From assembly GCA_036172245.1 (NCBI GenBank), contig JAYWIR010000037.1:2108001-2172000 (forward strand): 64,000 nt of DNA, in the 5' to 3' direction. Positions 26,226-38,763 of this stretch are shown here, one piece after another. This DNA comes from Raillietiella orientalis. Lineage: Eukaryota. The position numbers were made by a program, and so were the translations under genes. Each line of letters starts with the position of its first letter. Position 1 is the stretch's first letter. The notes under the pieces were generated by a model. It was given only the letters and a program-made list of their open reading frames with translations. It was not told where the DNA came from and did not search any database.

Positions 26226-28701
26226 ATGAATCCATGGAAAGACTTCAAAAATGCTTTTAATCTTCCTAAAATTCCTCAAAATATGACTGTTAAAATTTCA
26301 CGGGAGCTGGGGTGAGCCCCATCCAAACCTGTCGTTTTATTCCAGGATCGAGGCGATGGAATATGGTCGCGGAGGAAATGCACGGTGTGGGCGTCTGTGC
26401 TGCATCTTGTATGATTGCATACTTAATTGCTTCAAAGGGATTGGACGTCTATTTCTTCTTCTGTTTACTTGTTTCGGAATCTTCAAGAAAGTTCCAGGAA
26501 CAAAGACAACTGGTGGATTCTTGTCGTATATTCCATGCTGCAGTAAACGTGCGATATGCCCCCTGCTGATTGTGTTTCTCCTATTTTTGCTTCTGTGGTA
26601 TCTGGGAATTATAATCTTCCAATGCAAGTATCCATTTCCTGGAGGATACCTTCCTGGAGCAGGTATGATTTTAAAATGCTACTTCATGAAGAAACTCTGG
26701 TAAAACGCGCAATGCCTTTAAAGAAAAAAGGAAAAAAATGGACTCACAATCAGGACTCGAAAGGAGCATTGATAGGAATTAAGCAGGTTTTTCCGTCACA
26801 GTGATTAACTGGATTTGAGTCTTGTTAGGTTTTTTTTTTTTTTTTTTTTTTCTTACTGGGAGCGTACCTTTTAATGGACATGTAGGAAGCAGTGGAAAGT
26901 GGCTATTAAACGAGCGGGTTCAGACAAAGGTACTAACACGAAGGTAGGGGTGTTGACGCTAAAATCAACAAGCTCTTGAAGTCTCCGAGAGATTCCTCAT
27001 TTTGCGTCGACCATATTCTTATCAGTTTTCCATTTGTCTTCATGGGTTCAAAAAGGAAGAATGACCAAATGTGGAGGAGTAAGAACTTCGAGAAAAGCTG
27101 CACCAAGAAGTCGCCGCTCCCGAGATAACGTAAAGCCATTTTATAATTAATCGAGTAAAGCATTCAAGATATGAGTGATCCGTAAGAGTATTACCATCAA
27201 AATGTTTCGAATTGAAAAGAGCATCTAGAAATGATCTGTAGTAGTTCAAAGTGTACTATCAAAGCGTAGAAGTGAAAGTAGCATCAGAAAGCATCTCATT
27301 CCTTGTAAGAAACTGTGATGGCTGAGAAATGCACAGAAGTCGCTTTTTGTTTAAAAAACGAAAAACACCATCCCCTACTCAGGAAAGAAAGAGTCGGAAC
27401 CACTGTTGGGCAGAAAATGACAGAATTCTGACCGGAGCTAAGCATTTCTTAAGGTGACAAAGAATCCAAAGTCCACCCGTTCACTGTACGCTGATACTTT
27501 CCCCCGTGCGGGGCTGTCGAACTCGCTTGTAGAGACTCTTCACTTGCAAAACTCTGAAACCGGGATTAAATGCAGCAGGTAGCAAGGGAATTTGAGGGCT
27601 TAGAATACCTTGAGAGCTATTGGAAAGTGTGGAGAGATCAGAATTATCCTTCCCTCCATCTTCAAGTTTCTTTGCTTTGAGATTTTGAAATCTCATCTAA
27701 AAGTTGTATTAGGTGTGTTGCCATCCCAATATCTTGTTGTCCATGGTTCTACTAATTCTCCTCTACTTCTCCTATCCATCTGTCCGAGATCCTAAGAGTT
27801 CGTTTTTTATCAAAGGGAGGTTTTTTCCGAGGTATTACCAGGTTCGTCTGTGAGAAGGGAGTGCGCAGCAGTAGCACCAGAATCTCAGAAGGAGCTTGAA
27901 ATCATGTGGACAGGTCAGGACATGGCCACATGATTTTTAAGCTCCTGCTTTACCCTCCTGAATTCCGTATCATATGATCCTCCACAGTTTGGTTTTCCCG
28001 CCCGGAGCTCGACTCCTATCCAGCCCCCAAACGAGCCAGCTCCATCCAACTTGATCGGCGTTCAGTTGCGTTGATCTGCCGTTTTCTCTCTTTGCCTCTG
28101 GCAGGCTCTCTTTTTTATCTGCGTTTGGAACCAGGTTGATTTTCTAGCGTCTTCGGATTCTTTTGCACCGAGTAAACCGATGTTCCCGACTCGTTTCGCC
28201 TCGTATGCCCCTCCCCCCTCCTTCTCTCCTCCCATACGAAAAAGGCGCAGTTACTGTCCTACGCAAGAAAGGGAAGCAATGGGGACGCGACTTACTAGCG
28301 CGATTATCCTTGCGCTCCGTCCTCCAAAACGGAGCGGAATCTTGGAAACTAGGGGCAACCACGTTATGTCGGAATTCCACCTTCTGAGGCTCACTGGTGC
28401 GCAGTGTCCACTTTCTTAAGGTTAGAGTCAGTCGAAATCTCAGCTGCCTTTCTTTCTCGCTCACACACACTCACTAGATTTCTCCTCTCTAGGTCCCAAA
28501 ATGCCTCCGCAGCTTGGTGCTGCACCTCCAGGAGTTCAAGCTCCTGGCATCTTGCCTCTTCCCGCACCAGGAGCACCTGGCAAGGCACCTCCTCCAGCAC
28601 CTGCTAAGGGTAAACTCCCGGCTAAGGTTCCTCCTGCCAAGAAAGGTGGAGCTCCGAAGTCCGGGGAGAAAGCTGGGAAGAAGAAAGGAGCGAGCAAGTG
28701 A
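26226..28701 (+). CDS. Orphan 203-aa Cys-rich membrane protein with Pro/Ala/Gly/Lys-rich tail
   Basis: Exons 26226-26311, 26346-26662, 28493-28701 (612 nt, phases 2 and 1 match). Hydrophobic segment PLLIVFLLFLLLWYLGIIIF, clustered Cys, and tail PKMPPQLGAAPPG...KAGKKKGASK*. Confidence 0.65.
26829..28420 (-). mobile_element. Probable decayed L1/Tx1-like retroelement inside intron 2 of the orphan membrane gene
   Basis: Poly(T) run of about 22 nt at 26829-26851 (poly(A) on minus). Weak APE-like remnants AFNPG and DALF..TDHSYL..SW. GC-rich 5' portion. Highly degenerate. Confidence 0.35.
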
Positions 28702-31569
28702 GCAAGATGCCGTCCGATGCCTTGCCATGGCAATGGAATCTGCCACTGCGAAATCATACCTTTCTTAGCTAATAGAGAAACCTCCTTCACGTGACACCCG
28801 AACCTCAGCACTGTAAAGAAAGCAACAAAAGAAAGGTTTTAAGAAAGACTGTAATTTCATTTGAAAACGTCCAAAAGATCAAGGATGTGAGACATATGTC
28901 ACTTTGCAACCTTCTCTTCAGAAAAGACTTCTATAAACCATTGAAATAATTCAGTGTTCAGCAATGATTTCAACAGTATTTTTTTTTTACAAACAGTCTG
29001 GGATTTTTACAGTCAGTGCTTCTTTCGCATCGGCAGGAACTCGGGAACGCGGGAAAAAGCAACCAGTTGAGCCTTCGACAGAGAGGTTGGTAGGTGGAAA
29101 CCTCGAAAGCACATACTGGTGTGTTCGGAGCGAAGAGAGCCAAGGAGTTCCCTCATAAGGCAAGAAGCACCGTCCCTGACAGTTTCGTGTGGCTGCAAAA
29201 GTCGCTTGTTCTGAAGTTGAGTGAGAGGATATCGAGGTCAGCTTGAGGTTCATTGAGTAGGAAAGCAGCTTCCGCCACATTCGTCCCAAGCCACTCGCAG
29301 CTCAAGAGCCAAGGAAGGGTCACATTTGCTCTTGGCCGCCGCTTGAAGGGATGGAGTTTCGTAAGTCAACTCGTGTGTTTGTTCCTGAGGAAGATTTCAT
29401 GCTGAAGAAGGAAACAAACTCCGATACGACTGATTATTCAGTTGATGTCTCTGGAATGAAGGGGGAGGATTTAAAACTTTTATGGCAGGTCGAGGAAGAT
29501 GACTGAGTTGGGAAAGAAGCTCTCAGAAACAGAAGGTGCGGCCTTTGCGGTCAAGGAAATGGACTGTCCCTTTACGGTCGTTTTTTCTGATGATTTTCTG
29601 GAGTCGGGTGGCCACAGAAATACCGTTCTGGTACAGGTGAGTCTGGGGAATGGAGGAGAGCGTGCACACAGTCAGCTGCAAGGACTCGGTGGTGCAGATC
29701 ACTGCGGTGGCTGCTGGAAGCAAAACTGATGCAACATTGCTCAAGATTCAAGGATGTTGCTCTGTGATCTCACTGTGAGAGCTTGAGATCACAGATTAAT
29801 AGCTAGCATTCTTGTGAGGTAGGAAAAGCACCGTTCAAGCACTCCCCGAATCCTGAAGCCAATTCTGGGGATCTTGAATCTAGCTGATTGTTTGAAGAGT
29901 TGCATAGAGGCAGCACAGGTACCCTGAGCTCCAGGATCAGAAAGTGAGGATTATTTTCAGGAAGGAAGCCTGGTTTACAATTTGAAGACCCTAGAAGGCG
30001 AAAGTTTCCAGTTTCTTCGAGATTCCAGAACTAGGTTAGGGAAAGGTTGGATCTTGTGGACTCTTAGTACGCTTGTGCTCTTTCTATACGATAAAATGCT
30101 TATCCGGGGGATCTTGAAAATGATTGTTCAATGACACTGTTGTATTCAATGCAGCATTTTCAGTGCTCTTGCTTTCGGAATTCCAGACGGGAAACATCTT
30201 TACGAAAACTAAATTGATAATTTCTATGAAAACTTGCTGTTCATTCAAATGATTTCTACACAAGTGAAAATTTGCATTAAGGCTTGGATGCTTCGATTTT
30301 CAGATACAAACAATCTCATGATTGTTCAATATAAGATCAGAAATCAGTTATCAGGAAGGAATCATCCATCAGGAAATAGAACAGGAAACTAGATTATTTC
30401 GAGAAATATGGGATCAATTATCAGAAAGAGACAAAGCTATTTGTTTACGTATTACCTTATTCACATTTACAGCTCTTGTACAACATCTTTCATTACATAA
30501 TGATCTCATATATACGCCGATATGAATGGGACAAATTTCAATAATTACGATAAGAAAGATGCTAAAGAATGAAAGACACCATCTTTTTATTTATGAATGC
30601 GTTTCAATAGAAAATGTCTGAGTAGATAAAAAGTTGTCAATCATTTAACCAAGTAGTTTGAGAATATACTTTATTTCCACATTTCTAAAACAATCTGTTT
30701 TCTGTTATTTCGCCCTTCTCTGTGTTCACAGATTCTGCAAAAGTTCATTTGCCAGTTTCTTATTTGAAGCAAAGTTCCTTTTTTTCTTGAATAGATGCAC
30801 GGATTTTCATATCAAACCACAGATTACACTGATGTATGTAGCTATAGATTCTTCCATCCGTATTCGTATATGTTTGCTCTTCTGTATTCAACGATTAATG
30901 ATTAACTATCTAAATATACTATGGTAGAATTTTCACGATGCCTCCGAAATCAGGTTTCTGCTGGATCCTGACTACTTTCAGGTTTCAACTTGCAGCTAAC
31001 AGTTGAACTCTAAAATCCTCTCTGGAAGTTTATTTGCACTTATCTTTACATTTTCATATGCACATCTGATTTCATGAATGTTTACATATGCTACTGCTAT
31101 GCTTAAAAAATCCAGAAGGTTAAAAATCTTTAAAATGCTTGTCTCACTATTTGAGTCAAGCAAGGAAAACCAAACTGAGAATGAATTCTTACTCCGCTAT
31201 TATTTTTTTCGATTGTACTATGAGTGACACTCATGATTTAGTTGAAATTAAGTGAAATAAAACTGGAACTACTGTTTCTGAAAGGCGATTTTTCCATACA
31301 TATTCTCTTGCTTTCTTCGGTGAATGTGGTTCACAGATTGTAGAATGACCACGAAAACTATACTTGGTACAAGGGTGATAGCAAAATAGTATCACTAAAT
31401 GGAAAGCAGAGTCTGAGCCAATTCACTATCGTGCTTCACAGTAAGCGGATGTTGAGGGTACAGAAAGAAAGTAGAGTCTCTTCCACTGTATTCAGTGACG
31501 TTGCCAATTCGGTGAACGTCTTGCCCCTCAGAGGGGCGGGCTGTGTCCCCACGAGTGTCAAAGCATTGG

Positions 31570-32100
31570 TACGATGCAACCGTTGACAGGAAGACTTCGT
31601 GCAGCTGATGTCAAACTGAAAGCTATCAGATGTTTAGGTCAGGAATTGCAGAAAACCGATTCGCTGCTTGCAACGAGAATTGCAGTTTCCTTCCTTATGT
31701 CTCACAAGCACCTCAAACTGTGGGAGATTAAAGATTTTTCAGGTGTTACAAGATTGGAAAGATCCCAATTTTGTTCTTCACAAGCTGAACGTTAGACAAG
31801 GGCAACACATCCTGAAACACATGATGTTCTCGGATGAAGCAATATCTGATATATGAGAAAGAATTAACCTTATGATATGGATGTACAAATATTGGATTCC
31901 GAACAATATGGTGTTTTACATCCAAATGCAGTTCCCATCTTAAAAACCTCTGTACTCCTGACTGCACAATAAAATCTTTCTCATTTATTCTAGCAACAGT
32001 GGTCGAGATCATATGCATAACCTTTCTAAAAATTTTGTGCTGCATCATAGTCTTTAGTTGCAAGTGACTATTTTGTTTAAGCAGGACAAGGAGCGTCTGA
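31570..32100 (+). mobile_element. Possible degenerate Tc1/mariner transposase fragment
   Basis: HILKHMMFSDEA resembles the first catalytic-Asp motif (IxFSDEA), preceded by RLERSQFC and followed by ..IN..YW. Frameshifts and stops present; no TIRs identified. Confidence 0.35.
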
Positions 32101-33373
32101 ATTAGTGTCTTTGCAATGTTTTTAATAGAGCATATTCCGACCGATAAGATTCTTGAGACCGCATCGCCATATTCCCGGATTCTAGATTTTCTCCTTTTTT
32201 TTTTCGTAAGGAAATATGGAAGACCATGTTCATATTACCTGTCATGAACATTCATGACGCACATCTCCATTTCCACGATCACATCAGAAGTAATTAAACC
32301 TATTTAAACGAGAATACATCATTATCTAAGGATACCCCAAGTATTCAAGGATATTCACCTGAAGATTCGAAGGAAGAACACATTTTGGTATTCCAATTCA
32401 AAAAAAGGGAGATGAAGCAGCTCACTAGTTAGAGCTCTTTCATATGGTGAAATTGTAGCGTGTACCATGTATGCTTTCAGGCGAAGAATTGGTAAGTCAT
32501 CGAAAAATAATTTGCACAAAACTGCAAGTAGATAGCAACAAACAAGTTTTTTCGAGAATAAATATTTTGCACTGATGCTGTTTCTAGATAAATTCTTTGT
32601 TGAGCAATATTTTGATAACAATATAAAAACTCTAATAAAGAGTAAAAATTAAAACGTTTAAAGAAATACGAGTATTCATAGCATATTCAGAAATCGATAT
32701 AGCATACTCATAGCATATCTTGAGTACAACTACGATGTTGTAGGCTAACAAACGAGCATTTTTGTTTTGATATCACTTAAATTTACGAATAAGTGTCAGA
32801 TGTATTCGCAAACATATTTGTGAATATTCCTGATAAATTATTTAAGGTACATTATTTTTATCATGATATATCGATGCATGTGTCCATGTTTTTAAGAAAT
32901 AAGGCAAGTATCGATGCACGTTCAAAAGATTAGTACTGAGTTTAGTGCAATAGCTTAGGCAGCAAAATTATTGTAATTTCCAAGTGCAGACATGTATTTC
33001 CATTACTTCAGATCCATATTTTAAATTTGAATTCTTTTTTACGTTGTATTCAAACAAATGATCCGTTCCATAAGTATTCAACCCACACAGAAAAATAAGA
33101 CCTTCTTACTTTTAGAAGAAAATAGATAAAATAGAAAATTAATTTGCTAAATTCACTTCTGATGCCATTTTTGAGTATGATTCAGGATTATCCACTTCAA
33201 ACATTCCTTTTAAAATTAACTTATGGTTTTTTAATAACTCATTTTGAAGCAGTATGAATTAAACCTTCGAGATGCTGCATATAAAATCAAATTATACCAC
33301 AATATAAAATATTAATGCATGTCTTGGTATGATGACGGATCTTTATAGCCTTTTACCTGTTCAATTACCACTA

Positions 33374-33384
33374 CTTTCCCTTTT
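33374..33384 (+). promoter_or_regulatory. 5' TOP / TCT-type polypyrimidine initiator of RPL13A
   Basis: cta-ctttccctttt about 80 nt upstream of the ATG. The same cta-ctttcc core precedes UBA52. Confidence 0.6.
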
Positions 33385-33456
33385 GTCATTTTCTCGATTC
33401 TTGTCGATACATATGAGGCCATGGTCTTACGGATGTGGAAATAAGCATTCCGCAAA

Positions 33457-36246
33457 ATGCCTGGCTTTAGCGTTAAGGTAAGATGTGTTTCTCTATAGTT
33501 CTTTTCATAACACTGTGAAATTCACAAATAACGTTTTCAATAAAATGGTTCTTAAAATCTGTTTAATGCTTCCTGCAGTGAATATCAGAATTGATTTTCA
33601 GCGTTAGCTTAATGATTGTTAGTGGAAAGGTTAACCATGAAGTTTTTGTAAATTTGGAGCGCGTATTGCATCCTGTAATATTGTCTATTATTTAAAAAAA
33701 ATTATGCCTTCGTGTTTGTATGAACTTACTATTCTAATACGTGATTTAATTTCAGCCGGTTCTCATAGATGCCAAAGGGCATCTTTTAGGTAGGTTAGCC
33801 GCAGTGATTGCCAAATCTCTTCTTATCGGCCAACGAATTGTGGTTGTTCGATGTGAAGCCATTAATATTTCAGGGAGCTTTTATAGGTAAAGTACTTCAA
33901 GTTGATTGAACGTAATGTATGAAGGTTGTATGCACTTGCAATTACTTGTAACAGTTTGTAAACATTATGCTGTTAGAGTTTGGTGCATTGCAAAGTTGCT
34001 TGGAAAAGTACTGGTTAAAAAGCTGAAGATATGGCAAAGCACAGACATTCAGTGGAGTCACGATAATTGTCAGTGAATGAGGAAACTGTAGTTACATGTA
34101 GTGCTGTAGTTACAATGTTGTGCTTGTGGAGTGAAAATAAGAATGGTATTTTTCATTAGTTTGTGTGAACAAACGATTTCATTTTCAAAATATGAATTTC
34201 GCAGAAAGCCGATGCAGAGATGAACTACAATAGTTTCAAACTAGGGAAACAAATCTGTGAAGGAAATACAGAAATCGTTAAAACCAGTGTTCCGTATTAT
34301 ATTTCCTGCTTACAGTGGATTGCATTATCTAATAACCCCTGATCTTTTGGTTGTATTCGGAAAACCTCTTTCGTGTAGTGCAAATAGTTCACATGTATTA
34401 TCATGGTACATGCTGCACTGTCTCAAAGTCATACAGTGATTCATTTAAATGTTTATCATAAGTGTCACATATGGGTGCTAAGAGTTTATTGTGAGTTTTG
34501 TGTGACTGCACAAAGTATTTCATAAAGTTGGTGAGAAAGGTATTGAAAACCAAAAATGACCAAAGGCATTTTTGGTTTCAGAGTTTTTTAATTGTGCTCC
34601 AGGAACTTCATAATAGGGATACTATACTTACGTTTGCAAATAATATATGTAATAAACAATATAAGTAATATATATAAGCCAGCACATCTAAAAGTGGACA
34701 AAAACTAATGTTTCTCCACCATTAGGTTTTGTCAAATTTCAAATGAGAAATTTTTCTGATTCTTTTTAGTTTTATTATACAAATTTTACATGTGAGAAGT
34801 TTACAGTTCCATCATGATGGAAACACGAATTATCCGGATTGGAGTATCAAGTTCAAAGTATTTTGTTAGTTTTGCCAATTATCTGCTTTGAACATTCATG
34901 GAAACTGGAGTATTTCATGGGAACAAATTTTTAATTAACCTCTCTACTTAAAATGTAATTTGATTGTAAAATGACAAAGACTTGTATGCATGATAATGCA
35001 ATGGACTATTTTTAATGATGGCCAACTAAACTGGAGTGCTTGTGCATTAGGCACTAGATTGTTGAAAAAAAGTGATATAATTGGAAAGTGTTGCCATTGC
35101 TGAGGTTAAATATTGAATGTTTTGGCTAGTGTAATCCGCTCGCCTGAAGGGAATATAGTAGCCCTTCATTTGGAGAAAATTATAAATTATCATGAAATTA
35201 TTATCATGAAAAATTATAAATTAATTCGTGATTGTTTTAAAAGTTTGGAGACTTAATAGTTCATTATCTATTGTTGCCTTGTCATAAATATTAATGTTGT
35301 ATATGTTCCTGTTGTGATGTTGACTAAATTTGCATTTAGTGTGTAGTATATTAACTATAGTTGTAGCTTGTTTGAAATTTGTATGTGTTTTGGATTTAGT
35401 GTATTGACATTTATATATGATGAATAACACCTCTTGGAGGATGTTTGATGACATACGAAGTTATGCTGATTGATTATCATGACTAAAATAGTCTGTATTT
35501 GGAATTCAAACAAGCTTCTGATTCAGTGGCATTTCAGAAATAAACTGAAATACTTGGCTTTCTTGAGAAAAAGATGTAATGTCAATCCAGCAAGAGGGCC
35601 TTTCCACTTCCGTGCACCCAGTAAAATTCTTTGGAGATGTGTACGAGGTGAGTATTCAAATTAAGATAATGGTTTTTATTTCATGATGATGTAAGCGAAT
35701 TACCTACATTATCAGAGTACTAATGAATGGAGACATATAACTGAATCATTATGAAATGGTTTTCTCTAATTTGTTGGTTAAGTATTTGAAAGATTAAATT
35801 TTTAGGGATGCTTCCTCATAAAACTGCTCGAGGCAGAGCAGCTTTAAAACGTTTGAGAACATTTGAAGGTATTCCGCCACCTTATGATAAAGTTAAAAGA
35901 AAGGTAGTGCCCAATGCGATGAGAGTATTACGTTTAAAGCCTGGAAGAAAGGTAAAACTAAATAACTGTAGATCATGTTGAGATGCTTTACAGTATTGTG
36001 TTTTGGGACGCTTATCACATGAAGTTGGTTGGAAATATCAGCATGTTATCCAGACATTGGAAGTAAAAAGGAAGATGAAATCGGCTATTAGATACCATAA
36101 GAAAAAAAAGGAACAGGTAAGTGTGTTTGAAATTTGGCATGATGTTTGTTTTTGTTACGTAGAAACTGTTGTTGGAGGCCAAGCAGAAGGTTGTCCCACA
36201 AGTCAAGCATTTTCGAGAGTTGATAAGATCTTATGGGTACAATTAA
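33457..36246 (+). CDS. RPL13A: 60S ribosomal protein L13a (uL13), 204 aa
   Basis: Exons 33457-33477, 33756-33886, 35538-35647, 35806-35951, 35994-36116, 36163-36246 (615 nt). Motifs [50 protein letters not shown] overlaps the stop. Confidence 0.97.
35412..35474 (+). ncRNA. Candidate short box C/D snoRNA in RPL13A intron 2
   Basis: Box C ATGATGA 35417-35423, internal C' TGATGA, box D CTGA 35466-35469. The guide cgaagttatg complements conserved LSU rRNA CGUAACUUCG with one G-U pair. Lies ~68 nt before the 3' splice site. Confidence 0.5.
35678..35749 (+). ncRNA. SNORD34: Box C/D snoRNA, SNORD34/U34 (yeast snR62)-like, in RPL13A intron 3
   Basis: Box C ATGATGA 35683-35689, guide ttacctacatt 35700-35710 complementary to LSU rRNA AAUGUAGGUAA, D' CAGA 35713-35716, C'-like ATGAATG, D CTGA 35741-35744. 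Lies ~61 nt before the acceptor. Confidence 0.8.
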
Positions 36247-38463
36247 TAAATGCATGGCATTTATGATTTTTTTTTTACCGAATGATGACTTATGAACCTT
36301 TCATAATATGTGATAGCATGGTACACAGTTTAGGATTTTTGTCATTTCCTCCTCATTTTTTCAAGTTCACTTTGCGAAATGTTGAGTTTCTCGTGTTGCT
36401 TGATTCAGGATATAATCTGAAGTTGCTGATGGTCGCAGTCTTATTTAAATCAAAGGTGTTTATTGGATAATTGAATAGGATGGGCTCTTTGTAATGTGTA
36501 CCATGTGTTTAATACAAATACAGTGAAAGAAGCTGTAATGCTTTGTGAAAGTCATTCATCCAATTGTGACTTACGTACTGTCAAAACATCAGTTTTATCA
36601 TTATTTTCTCCAAAGATCCCATTAGACAAAAAGTATTTCTCAATAACATCCTAATGTGCTATAGTTCATTCAAAACTGTCAATAGCTTTAATTTTGTCAG
36701 AGTTCGTAAGTCTAATGCGACTTCTCATTTTACAGTTTTTCCATTGCAAATTGCAATTTCATTTCGCATATACATAGACATTCTTGTGCACAGTGTGCAA
36801 TGTGCACACACATCATTTGTGATCAAGCAAAACAGTTGTAAATGTAATCAACTTGCAAATTTGGGTGCAACTTGTAGTCAATAGGAAGAACAAAAAGGGA
36901 ACAGTATCATTTCATAAGAGTTCTGTGCTTTGAATGTTGTGATCAAAGAAGAATGGAAACAAATGTCTACTTTGTTTCACCATCATGATTAAAAGAATTC
37001 TTTGAACTCACGTTATCTTACATTTTCTACCCTGTTCAGGAGGTTTTATCTTTTTTTCGATATTTATTATGTATACCATCGTGTGGTCATACCTTGGTTA
37101 ATCATAATATACAGCATTTATGAATGCTGCATCAATGAGAAAGTAAGTTTCTTGTCTATAACAAGCACACATTCTCATATGCAACTGACCATGCAATTGA
37201 TCATTAACAACTTAGTATGAAAGGAATTACTGAAGTCAATTGAACACACATGCAACTTTTAGAATTATTGTAGGTTTAGAAAGCTGAGTGATGTATAATA
37301 CTTGAAAATCTAGGAGAGGCATGCTGTCAATTTGATATTGAAGTATACTGTCTTATTGAGTTGATTACATAATTGGAAAGATTTTAGAGTTTTCGCAGCA
37401 ACATGTTAAAGAAGCTAATTGATCAAGTTCTTTAACATCTTGAGATCTCTGCAGTAACCATGAATTAATGCTGTTGTTCTGGGGTGTACTCTACTATGCA
37501 ACATGGTTGTAACTGATATAGATTAAAGTGAAAATCGGACACTTGCAGTACATTGGTATATTTAAACGAGAAATGCAAGGGTTAAGTAACTGCTTTAAAA
37601 TGTAATGCAATCCATTGCCATCATTCAGCTATATGAAGACTAACGAAATCTTGAATTCAGGTTTAAATTAAATCAACTGTTCTTATCTACTGTCCTTCCA
37701 GTGATGGCAATGAATCATGCCATAATTCGAGTTTTTTAAACTTACTGCTAAAAGTGTTTCCAATATTACTGCATCATGTAACTGATGTTATGACAAATTT
37801 TTCTGTGCCTTACAACAGCATATCCTTATAGAGAAAGTTGTTCAAGTTCTTTATTCACGAAAGGATTACGTGCCCATAGGGATCGTGCACTGTGTGGAAT
37901 GCTGCACTTAGGCCAAGGACTAACCATTAAACCCGGAAGCATTAATTTGTACCAGACATTTCCGTCTCAAAAATCTGACGCAATTACAAGGAAAATAACG
38001 AATTAAGCCATATTAAAGAAGGCCTATTACATCAAAAACATCTACGACACATATTATTGCAGATCTCCATATTCGAGAAAGTTCCTATGATTAGATTTTC
38101 GTGTGATAGCATATTCTTGAACGTTTGAATGATGTATCTGATGTGTTACGTACGGCCTGATTTCCTTAACTTTAACCTGAGAATAACTGGACAATGTAAG
38201 CTGATGCGGATTTTAGTTTGTTAAATTTTGTTTTGGCATGAAAAAGTTTTTTAAAGTTGGAATCTGCTTGGATGCATTTCTAGGTAACACTCATGATTGC
38301 ACTTTTTGACCAAATTTCATCCCGAAAGAATAAGATAGGTCCGAAAGCTGGATCTGTTGTTTTGCTTCATTAACAAAAAAATAACTTTGGTTTACTTACG
38401 ATGGGAAAATCAATATGGAAATAAATTTTTCCCACCGTATTCACTGAAAATGCTATTAAAGTA

Positions 38464-38763
38464 CAGTAGGTCTTCCTATAACGCGGGGGATACATTTAGT
38501 CATACGAACCTGCTGGATAGACATGCTATTCTTTATAAAACATGTAAAATGTACCCCAAACATTGTAAGAGTATGGTATTAAAACATTTATGCTCACTTG
38601 AAAACAAAAAGAAGAGTTAAATCATCTGTTTGCATTCTTTCTAAGAACTGACGCTATACCACAAAATGAAAATTTATCCACAGCGTTGTACGGAGATGGT
38701 TTATCGCGTTACACGAGGATTTTTCATCGCGTTGTACGAATCTTAGTTTCAGGGGGCCTACGG
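38464..38763. mobile_element. pogo/Tigger (MER2-like) non-autonomous DNA transposon remnant
   Basis: Left end TA|CAGTAGGTCTTCCTATAACGCGGGGGATAC resembles Tigger/MER2-type TIRs. The right end has repeated gcgtt subterminal motifs and a degenerate ggggcctacgg TIR. Confidence 0.5.

Noticed and set aside
27016..27028. ttcttatcagttt matches the U2 snRNA region targeted by Utopia and Keno elements
   Set aside because: Only 13 nt, no other U2 sequence around it, and not at an element boundary.
35072..35147. Third possible C/D snoRNA in RPL13A intron 2 (two CTGA boxes)
   Set aside because: Box C is poor (GTGATAT) and I could not assign an rRNA complement.
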